IMG/VR virus record: IMGVR_UViG_3300047160_035978 | Span: 713-64,712 of that record | Origin: a virus | Lineage: Duplodnaviria > Caudoviricetes | DNA length: 64,000 nucleotides | Reading direction: 5' to 3' (one strand) | Shown here: piece by piece, positions 9,232-16,121 of the stretch | Position numbering within the stretch: the first letter of the stretch is position 1 | Layout of the letters: every line of letters starts with the position of its first letter | Program-made: the position numbers and the translations under genes | Notes under the pieces: generated by a model | Told to the model about the DNA's origin: nothing | Seen by the model: only the letters and a program-made list of their open reading frames with translations | Database searches by the model: none

Positions 9232-10466
9232 GTCGTCACCACAACATTGCCGGCGGTGAGCGCCGCGGCCGCGTTGAAGGCGATGGGCACATCTACGGTG
9301 CCGGTCGGCGCCGGCGCGATACCCACGGTGAGGGCCGTGATCTCGTAGGTCGCCGCCAGGGCTTCAAGCTGGGCCTGGGTGAGGCCATTGCCTCCCAGCA
9401 CGGTGATCGAGGCCTGGACGGCCGCGGAGCCAGACAGGTTCGCCGGCGCGGAGAGCTTGTTGTACTGGATCGAAACGCCGATCCCAAGGGTGCTGACGTA
9501 CTGCGCCAGCGCGGCCTGGATCAGCGCCACCGTCGAGGTGGCAAATCCAGCCAGCGGGGTCAGCGTCAGCGAGACATAGATCGTGGTCTGCGTCAGCACG
9601 AAATAGTTGATCGTGCTGGTGTTGCCGACTTCATCGGTGTAGGTGCCGCTGGTGGTGCCGTAGGTCTTCCCGCCGGGCACCTTGGTGTTGCCGATGGCAT
9701 TGACAATGTCCTGGACGGCGCCGCCCTTGACCACGAATGAAATGCTGCTGGGCGGCAGGCCGTTGGAGTCGGTGGTGGGCGAGGCGTTCTCGTAGGGCTT
9801 CAGCGCCTGGACGCCAGCCACGCCGGCGACGTTCGCGTAAATGGCATCCAGGATGGCCTGGCCGGGCAGGGCGGTCGAAACCGACTGCCGCTGTCGCAGG
9901 GCGGGATCGGATTCCGGTGCAGCACCAGGCGCCGCCGCCGCACCGTTCGTCACGCTCTGCCAGCCCAGGGAGGGGGTCAGGATCTTGGTCAGGGAGCCGG
10001 CCGCGGCCGTGATGGCGCCCGGGGTCGTGCACACGGCGGTGACGTCGATGGTCCCGCTCATGGGGATCGTGACGCTCGCCGGCAGGGCCCATTTCGTGCC
10101 CAAGTTGGCGTTGTCGCCGACCAAGCCGTTGGTGATCGTCGAGAAGGCCTGACCGACGATGGTGACCACGGCATTGCTGTTGCTGCCAGCTTGTCGCTTC
10201 AGGCCGTTTATCTTGGTCATGTTCGACAGTCCGACGCCCTGCGCGTACTGCGGCGCGAAGCCGTTGTAGACCGCGATGGTGGCGTCGTTGCCGTCGTTGA
10301 TGGCCTGGGCCTGGATGGCGAGCCACTGGCCGTCCGGGCTGTCCGGCGTGAGCACGGAGTCGCTGCCGTAGATGGCCTGGTACTGCGTGATCAGCGACGC
10401 CAGGATGGCCGCGAAGCTGGGCGCCGAGGCGCCAGTCGAGCTGATCGTCACGCCCAGGGTGCTCAT
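9228..10466 (-). CDS. Baseplate J/gp47-like protein
   Basis: GVGLSNMTKINGLKRQ, ESDPALRQR motifs; position in baseplate module. Confidence 0.85.
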   Translation of the reverse strand: MSTLGVTISSTGASAPSFAAILASLITQYQAIYGSDSVLTPDSPDGQWLAIQAQAINDGNDATIAVYNGFAPQYAQGVGLSNMTKINGLKRQAGSNSNAVVTIVGQAFSTITNGLVGDNANLGTKWALPASVTIPMSGTIDVTAVCTTPGAITAAAGSLTKILTPSLGWQSVTNGAAAAPGAAPESDPALRQRQSVSTALPGQAILDAIYANVAGVAGVQALKPYENASPTTDSNGLPPSSISFVVKGGAVQDIVNAIGNTKVPGGKTYGTTSGTYTDEVGNTSTINYFVLTQTTIYVSLTLTPLAGFATSTVALIQAALAQYVSTLGIGVSIQYNKLSAPANLSGSAAVQASITVLGGNGLTQAQLEALAATYEITALTVGIAPAPTGTVDVPIAFNAAAALTAGNVVVTT

Positions 10467-10828
10467 ACGGAGATTCCGACGTTGAAGGCGACAGGGGTGG
10501 TGCTGTACTTCGTCTGGACCTGGCCGGAGACGGTGAGGCGCCGCGCGGCGCGGTCCAGGTTGCTGCTGTAGCTCACGATCTGGGTCACGCCCTGCACGCC
10601 CTTGATGACGCGCTGGATCTCGGCGTCATAGAGGCCGCTGGTGTTGTTGCCGAGGATCTGGGTCTGGTAGCGCACGCCGGCGCTCAGGTCCAGGTACCAC
10701 TCGCCGGCCCACAGCTGCAGCGCGGTCGCGATGCACTGCGCGACCGCCGCCGGGCTGTTAGACAAAAAGTTCCCCTGCCCCTGGCCGAAGGTGAAGTCGC
10801 CAGAGGGTGATAGCGCGCGGACTCTCAT
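10463..10828 (-). CDS. Baseplate wedge/sheath initiator (gp25-like)
   Basis: GDFTFGQG, LQLWAGEWYLDLSAGV; size and position. Confidence 0.75.
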   Translation of the reverse strand: MRVRALSPSGDFTFGQGQGNFLSNSPAAVAQCIATALQLWAGEWYLDLSAGVRYQTQILGNNTSGLYDAEIQRVIKGVQGVTQIVSYSSNLDRAARRLTVSGQVQTKYSTTPVAFNVGISV

Positions 10829-11496
10829 GGACCTGCGACCTGACCTGAATTGCCGGAGCCCGGCTGCACGTTGTTGTGGTAGTGCGTCGTGTCGATGTGC
10901 TTGCCGTTCTGCTTCACAGTGGCCGTGCCAAAGTCAGTGTTGCCGCTGACGTCGATATGGACGCCATTGAGGTTGATACCGCCGGGAGCAACGATGTTCA
11001 GGACGCCTGCCTGCGTAAGCTCCAGGTAGGCGCTGCCGTCGACCTTACGCAGCTGTGCACTTCCAGTGCTGATGCCGCCGGGCACACGGGGCTTCGACCA
11101 TAGACAAGGAATTGCCACCGCATCGGATAGGTCGTGCATCCGCAGCTCGGCTTGCACCTGGACTTTGCCGTTTTGCGCCCAGGTGTCGATGCAGCGGCTG
11201 CAGAACTGCAGCAGCACTTCATCGCCCTGTGCGAGCGGGAAGGTGGTGACGAAGCCGCCACCGCCAATCAGCTGAACCGGCACATCCACTATTAGGGGAA
11301 GAGTCACATTGTTGTCGATGCTTCCGTCAGCGCTCTGCTTCCAGCCAGCAATCGCTGGCAACACACTGCAGGTATTCGTCGCTGGATCGTAGGACTGGAC
11401 AATGCCAGGCAGGCTGGTCCAGATCGTGGACTGGCGATCATCCAGCGCCACCCGGATGGCGTCTTGGTGGTCGCCGATTCGTTCCCGCTGGTCCAT
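10825..11496 (-). CDS. Baseplate spike (Gp138 N-terminal domain family)
   Basis: IWTSLPGIVQSYD, GDEVLLQFCSRCID, RMHDLSDAVAIP, C-terminal THYH; ATG 11496 with GGAG. Confidence 0.85.
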   Translation of the reverse strand: MDQRERIGDHQDAIRVALDDRQSTIWTSLPGIVQSYDPATNTCSVLPAIAGWKQSADGSIDNNVTLPLIVDVPVQLIGGGGFVTTFPLAQGDEVLLQFCSRCIDTWAQNGKVQVQAELRMHDLSDAVAIPCLWSKPRVPGGISTGSAQLRKVDGSAYLELTQAGVLNIVAPGGINLNGVHIDVSGNTDFGTATVKQNGKHIDTTHYHNNVQPGSGNSGQVAGP

Positions 11497-11509
11497 GTCT
11501 GCTCCAATG

Positions 11510-11536
11510 AAAAAGGCCCACTGTTTCCAGTGAGCC
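11510..11536 (-). terminator. Intrinsic terminator closing the RAMP/pentamer-array operon
   Basis: Minus strand GGCTCACTG-GAAA-CAGTGGGCC-TTTTT (9-bp stem, GNRA loop, U-tract). Confidence 0.8.
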
Positions 11537-11548
11537 ATCCTGCTTCGC

Positions 11549-11714
11549 TGCCTTTACAGGCCCCGCCTTGCGATGCGTTGCCACATCGTGCGTTGCCTGC
11601 CGCGTCGTGCTGCGCCATGCGGGGGCGGGCCGAATCTAGCCACACCTAGCCTAGCCTGCGGCGCCATGCGTGAACGCGCCCCGCCTCGCCTGGTCATGCC
11701 TTGCCTGCCGTGCC
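11549..11714 (-). ncRNA. GGY-NN pentamer array (putative guide-RNA array) in three segments
   Basis: 29 pentamers on minus strand: 16 exact GGY, 12 with one mismatch, Y at position 3 in 28/29; last two bases variable; segments separated by (G/C)GCA tetramers; lies between a stop codon and a terminator. Confidence 0.75.
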
Positions 11715-11752
11715 AATCCCTCTTCAACAATCGCTTCCCTGCATCGGTGCTG

Positions 11753-12202
11753 CTATGCTGCCAACTTCAACTTCTGTTGCCGTTCCAGCTTTTCGATCTC
11801 GGTGAAAATCCGCTTCAGTTCCTTGAGGCGGGAATACTTCTCCTGCAGCGACTTGAGGTCAAGCAGGGCATCTGCCAGCAGCTGGCGGTACAGCTCTTCG
11901 TTGCTCACGACCGAAGCCAGCGAGCGGTAACCGCCGCCGCCTTGCCGGTCATTGCGCAGCGAAACGTAAGCCCGAACCGGCTGAGATGGCGCGGCCGGCT
12001 CCACGATCACGTAGGTGCGGATCAGTTGCCGGGCCTGCTCCAGCCGGTAGGCGGAGGCGGCCTTGCTGTCATTCCATTCGAAACAGGCATGCAGCGGGCT
12101 GTTCCGATTGCGGGCGGCCTGAACCACACGTTCCGGCTTGAGGATGCCGCTGCGCGAAGTGAGGCCGTCCAGTGCGGCGCGAATGTCTTCCTGGCGGCTC
12201 AT
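11753..12202 (-). CDS. Conserved-looking partner protein of the RAMP gene (149 aa, function unknown)
   Basis: ATG 12202 overlaps upstream stop (ATGA); motif PLHACFEWNDSKAASAYRLEQARQLI. Confidence 0.8.
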   Translation of the reverse strand: MSRQEDIRAALDGLTSRSGILKPERVVQAARNRNSPLHACFEWNDSKAASAYRLEQARQLIRTYVIVEPAAPSQPVRAYVSLRNDRQGGGGYRSLASVVSNEELYRQLLADALLDLKSLQEKYSRLKELKRIFTEIEKLERQQKLKLAA

Positions 12203-12831
12203 GACGGTTCGGCCTCCAGCTGGAACAGGCCCCAACCCTGGCCGGCACTGTTCTTGGAATCGGGCCGGCCTTCGCCGATGCCGACCTGGGCGCCGACGCG
12301 GGCCAACAGGTTCGCCACGTCCTGTAGCGTGAACATATCGGCGTCGAAGCGGATGCGGACATCGGCGCCCCACTGCTCCCACATCGCCCGGACCCTCAGG
12401 TCGGCCACGCCGGTGACGAGGCGCACCATGCTCTCGTGCTGCCGCGGCTCGCCGTCGATGCGCACCAGCGGCTCGCCGCTCTCGCGGTCGAAGCCGTCAG
12501 GCTCGACGAAGATACCGAGGCGCCCCAAGGTCATCTTGAAGTTGACCAGCCGGCAGGCGCTAATCATCGCGTTGCGGAAGCAGGAGGCTGGCATGCCGGC
12601 CCACCCTTCGCGGCTGCGATGGATCGACTGCTCGAACAGCAGGCTGAAGTCCTTGGCCTCGCGCTTGCGCTTGCTACGCGCGGTGCTGCCAGCGGCCTGG
12701 GCCTCGCGGATCTGGTTCTTGGCCTTCTCCGAGAACTTGCAGGCCACGTAGGGCGCCACGCCGCGGATACGGAAGTTGGCGACCTGCATGTTCGGCGCCG
12801 GGATGCTGACGGTCTTGCCCGCGGCGCTCAT
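12199..12831 (-). CDS. Stand-alone RAMP/Cas7-like protein (210 aa)
   Basis: RAMP-like order: FRIRGVAPY, GMPASCFRNAMISA, LRVRAMWEQWGADVRIRF, LQDVANLLARVG, Gly-rich loop VGIGEGRP...GQGWGLF; GGAG RBS; ATGA overlaps at both ends. Confidence 0.7.
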   Translation of the reverse strand: MSAAGKTVSIPAPNMQVANFRIRGVAPYVACKFSEKAKNQIREAQAAGSTARSKRKREAKDFSLLFEQSIHRSREGWAGMPASCFRNAMISACRLVNFKMTLGRLGIFVEPDGFDRESGEPLVRIDGEPRQHESMVRLVTGVADLRVRAMWEQWGADVRIRFDADMFTLQDVANLLARVGAQVGIGEGRPDSKNSAGQGWGLFQLEAEPS

Positions 12832-13154
12832 TGCAGTCTCCGCAGGCCGGGCCATTGGTATCTGATCTTCGCCCTCGCGAATGGATCAGCGCCCGAATCG
12901 ATGAATTCACGGAACTCGTCAGCTGCAGGATCACCTTCTTCGAAGGCCCACCCGCCACGGATGAGATACGCCTCATCAAGGCCTAGCGCCCAGGCCATGA
13001 TCAGCGTGCCTTCTGCCATTTTTAGCGTAGGTAGTTCGCGGCTGAGGGCGTATTCGACCCCATCGAACTTCCCAACAACCTGAAAATATTGAACTTCGTT
13101 GGGTGACAGCGCCAAGCTGTCTACCACAACGGCACGGCTTGTGCTAGATTGCAT
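12828..13154 (-). CDS. Hypothetical protein (108 aa) in RAMP operon
   Basis: GGAGGT RBS; stop overlaps RAMP start. Confidence 0.7.
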   Translation of the reverse strand: MQSSTSRAVVVDSLALSPNEVQYFQVVGKFDGVEYALSRELPTLKMAEGTLIMAWALGLDEAYLIRGGWAFEEGDPAADEFREFIDSGADPFARAKIRYQWPGLRRLQ

Positions 13155-13211
13155 CTCGTTGTTACCTCCAAAGGGTTCAACACCTGCCCCTCGAACGCCA
13201 CCGGCCAAGGT

Positions 13212-13415
13212 TTAAGCGTTCGGGGGGTTTTTCGTTTTTGCTGCCTGTTCATCCTTCTGCACCTGCTCCAACAGGCACACGATCTCGGAATTTCCGCTGC
13301 GGCGATTACGGGTTGCGCGCTCGCGCACCCAATCCCGCAGCGAAACAGGCAGGCGCACCATAAGCCCGACCTGCTGTGCCGCTTCCACTTTCACCTCCTG
13401 TTTCGGCTTCGCCAT
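13212..13415 (-). CDS. Arc-family ribbon-helix-helix repressor
   Basis: LMVRLPVSLRDWVRERATRNRRSGNSEIVCLL. Confidence 0.85.
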   Translation of the reverse strand: MAKPKQEVKVEAAQQVGLMVRLPVSLRDWVRERATRNRRSGNSEIVCLLEQVQKDEQAAKTKNPPNA

Positions 13416-13434
13416 GAGGTCCCATCCTGTCAAA

Positions 13435-13466
13435 ACACTATCGTAGTGTCAACACTATTGTAGTGG
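13435..13466. promoter_or_regulatory. Tandem inverted-repeat operator between divergent Arc-family genes
   Basis: ACACTA-TCG-TAGTGT (13435-13449) and ACACTA-TTG-TAGTGG (13452-13466). Confidence 0.7.
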
Positions 13467-13514
13467 CGACACTGGATCGGTGGCATATCTTGGTGAAACT
13501 GCTATGCTTTTTTT

Positions 13515-13826
13515 ATGGAATCCCAAGACGACTACGTCCGGTCACAGCTCCGTGTCCCCCGCGAGCTACACGAGAAGCTCACTGAGGCGGCCCGGATTGC
13601 CAGACGCTCTCTCAATGCAGAGGTCAATGCGCGACTCGTTGAGTCATTTGAGCGTCGCGATGCCCAGAATCTCGAAGACATCGATGCGCGACTCGACCGA
13701 AACTTTGCGAAATTGATTGAGGCGGTCAAAGGACTATCGCCCGAGGCGGCGGCGGCGATAACTAAGGCGTTGGAGCCAAATCCAGCCTCAAAGCGTCGTC
13801 GCCAATCAACGTCTCGAGGAGGGTGA
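13515..13826 (+). CDS. Arc/Mnt-family repressor
   Basis: SQLRVPRELHEKLTEAARIARRSLNAEVNARLVESF; TGcTATGCT extended -10 just upstream suggests leaderless mRNA. Confidence 0.85.
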   Translation: MESQDDYVRSQLRVPRELHEKLTEAARIARRSLNAEVNARLVESFERRDAQNLEDIDARLDRNFAKLIEAVKGLSPEAAAAITKALEPNPASKRRRQSTSRGG

Positions 13827-13827
13827 C

Positions 13828-14139
13828 GTGGCGCTAATCGCTTGTCATGAGTGCGGCCACCAAGTATCGAACCTGGCTTCAAATTGTCCTAATTGTGGCG
13901 CGCCTACCGGCACTGCATTGCCTACTCCAAAGTCCACAAAAAGCAGGGGTTTGGCTGCTTTTCTAGCTTTTTTCCTAGGAGGCCTTGGAATCCATAAATT
14001 CTATTTAAACCGACCTGGCCAAGCTGTTATTTATTTGCTTTTTTGCTGGACGTTTATTCCTACGGTAGTCGCTTTTTTTGAAGCTATTTTCTATTGCTTT
14101 TTAAGCAACGAAGAATTTAAGCAAAAATATCAATATTAG
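13828..14139 (+). CDS. Zinc-ribbon + TM2 (NINE) membrane protein; candidate superinfection exclusion
   Basis: CHEC..CPNC zinc ribbon; KSRGLAAFLAFFLGGLGIHKFYL; AT-rich relative to flanks. Confidence 0.8.
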   Translation: MALIACHECGHQVSNLASNCPNCGAPTGTALPTPKSTKSRGLAAFLAFFLGGLGIHKFYLNRPGQAVIYLLFCWTFIPTVVAFFEAIFYCFLSNEEFKQKYQY

Positions 14140-14157
14140 AAGCAATCTTGCCAATCA

Positions 14158-14337
14158 TCACCAGCGCCCCCGGCCGCGCGGCATTAACCCGCCACGCAGA
14201 TTGATCATGTCCTCCACCGCGCGCTGCCTGGCTTCCCGCTGAGCGTACCGCTGCGCCTCCGCGTTGTGGGCTGCCCGGATCTGGTCCATGGGGGAAACCT
14301 GCCGCGGCTGTGGGCGAATGCACTTCACGATGATCAT
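14158..14337 (-). CDS. Small hypothetical protein (59 aa, not in ORF track)
   Basis: Manual translation MIIVKCIRPQPRQVSPMDQIRAAHNAEAQRY...; GGAGG RBS. Confidence 0.45.
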   Translation of the reverse strand: MIIVKCIRPQPRQVSPMDQIRAAHNAEAQRYAQREARQRAVEDMINLRGGLMPRGRGRW

Positions 14338-14341
14338 GGGT

Positions 14342-15271
14342 TCAACCCTCCGCTTTTGCTGCCTGATCTGCAGGCGCAGTCTTGTCGATGGCCAAGCATG
14401 TTAGTTCCGAATACCAGGGCTCGCCGCGGGTATCACCGACATATTCGCTGACCAGCACTCGGTAGAAGCCGTCGTCATTGATCACTTTCGGCAGGAGGCC
14501 TGGCAGGGATTCGAGACGCCCAGGCGTATATAGCAGATTGCCACCGAGCAAAGCGCCTGTGATGTCGTTGCTGTTCAGCTGAATGAGCGATCCGACCCGG
14601 ATTTGCGGGTTCAGCAGTGCCCGCACACAGATTCCGCCCGGCGTCACCTCGGGCACGCCGATCAGGCCGGTGAATTTGTTCAGCACCACGGCTTGTCCGG
14701 GGACATAACCGGTCATCGGCACCAGCACCAGCTGGCCGCGCTGGATCGACCAGCGCAGCTGGTAGGTCTGCGCGAAGTCACGCAGGTACCAGCGGGCTAG
14801 GCCGTACATGGCTTTGCCGCGCTGCAGCGCATTCGGCGGCAAATCGGGCGCGTAGCCGACGGGCAAGCCCATCGCGGCCGCCAGGCGCTGCAGCACCTGA
14901 TCAGAGGTGGTGCCAGCGGCCAGCGTCTCGTTCACAGTCGCTTGGTTGTAGGCTTCGTCGCCATCCGCGGCCAGGATGTCCAGGAAGGAGTCTGGTCCGA
15001 TAAACCGGCCACGCCGCGTCTGCTTGATCGAGCCTTCAAAAATTATCCCGAAAGAGTCGTTCTCGTACCCGGCCTGCAGGATCACCCGGGTGAACTCGTT
15101 TTCAACCCGTGTCAGTGTCTCCGGCGCCAAGTTGTACACCCGGATCAGCGCGCTGTTGGGCGTTTCGACATCGCTCTGCTGGACCTGGAAGGTGATGCGA
15201 AGCTCCGACAGGTCCAGCGCCTCTGTGTCATTCGCCACCAGAAGCGTGCATTTCCGCAGGTACTGGCTCAT
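14342..15271 (-). CDS. Baseplate hub protein
   Basis: LRITFQVQQSDVETPNSALIRVYNL, ILQAGYE, TGLIGVP; position. Confidence 0.8.
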   Translation of the reverse strand: MSQYLRKCTLLVANDTEALDLSELRITFQVQQSDVETPNSALIRVYNLAPETLTRVENEFTRVILQAGYENDSFGIIFEGSIKQTRRGRFIGPDSFLDILAADGDEAYNQATVNETLAAGTTSDQVLQRLAAAMGLPVGYAPDLPPNALQRGKAMYGLARWYLRDFAQTYQLRWSIQRGQLVLVPMTGYVPGQAVVLNKFTGLIGVPEVTPGGICVRALLNPQIRVGSLIQLNSNDITGALLGGNLLYTPGRLESLPGLLPKVINDDGFYRVLVSEYVGDTRGEPWYSELTCLAIDKTAPADQAAKAEG

Positions 15272-15579
15272 GGCAGCAAGGCAAACAGATGGCCGGTGCT
15301 GCCGAGGTTGCTGAAGGTCGGCGGACTATCCGGCGCGTTGTCCGTCTGCGTGTAGAGAGAAAAGCCCAGGTTCAGATACCCCAGCTGGGCGACCAGGTTA
15401 GGACCCGGGACCAGTGGGATGCCAGTGGTAATCGGATTCCCGTTCCGGTCAGCTAGGTCCAGTATCCAGGCCGCAGCTGTGACATTCCAGCGAAGCGTGA
15501 CCGTGTAGGTCACCCCCGCCAGCGAGACCGTAAAGGTCTGCGGCTGCCGGCTGGTCGGGATCTCGTAAGCGGTGCTCAT
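15268..15579 (-). CDS. Small baseplate adaptor protein
   Basis: EIPTSRQPQTFTVSLAGVTY..LRWN; position. Confidence 0.7.
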   Translation of the reverse strand: MSTAYEIPTSRQPQTFTVSLAGVTYTVTLRWNVTAAAWILDLADRNGNPITTGIPLVPGPNLVAQLGYLNLGFSLYTQTDNAPDSPPTFSNLGSTGHLFALLP

Positions 15580-16121
15580 GGGCCGATCTGGTCCTGCACG
15601 CCCGGCGCATTGCGATTGAAAAGGGTCGTCGGTGTCGCCTGTTTCTGCCCCAGGTTGGCAACCGGCTGGTTGCTCTCTGGGTTTGCCATCACCGAAGGGT
15701 CGGTCCCGATGCTGGTTACCTGCGTCTGCACGATGATGATCTGCTCGATGGTCACCGACACAAACAGGGCATGAGCGGTGCGCTCGTCGGTCACCTGCGT
15801 CAGTGCCGCGATGAGCATGTTCTCGTAGCTGCGCTTTGCCGTGACCAGCTTAAACGGCAGCCTGGCGTCCTTCAGCGCCAGCAGCTGCGCATAGACCTCG
15901 TCAATGTAGCTGGTGGACAGGGCCCGCGGCGAGCTGTTGCTCCAGCCTAGCCGTAGGTTCACTCGCGCCGGCTCAACGATGGCGTGGTCGGTGATTTGCG
16001 CGCCCTGCTCGACAGGGTGCCGCGTGATCGTCACCGTATCGGTCCCGGCCTCTTCGATCCAGGCGTCGGCCTTGATGGGCTGGCCGCTGGCCGGGATGAT
16101 CAGGAAGCGGCCGTTGGTCAT
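15576..16121 (-). CDS. Dit-like tail/baseplate protein
   Basis: ITRHPVEQGAQITDHAIVEP. Confidence 0.75.
   Translation of the reverse strand: MTNGRFLIIPASGQPIKADAWIEEAGTDTVTITRHPVEQGAQITDHAIVEPARVNLRLGWSNSSPRALSTSYIDEVYAQLLALKDARLPFKLVTAKRSYENMLIAALTQVTDERTAHALFVSVTIEQIIIVQTQVTSIGTDPSVMANPESNQPVANLGQKQATPTTLFNRNAPGVQDQIGP

Noticed and set aside
11304-11645. ORF-track protein MWLDSARPRMAQHDAAG... across the array
   Set aside because: Low-complexity product of the 5-nt repeat; it crosses a terminator, overlaps the spike gene out of frame and has no RBS.
11549-11714. Pentamer tract as a CRISPR array or simple microsatellite
   Set aside because: There are no 25-45-bp direct repeats with unique spacers, so it is not CRISPR. 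Two fixed positions per unit vary while three are conserved, with ordered phase slips and a terminator, which is unlike a slippage microsatellite.
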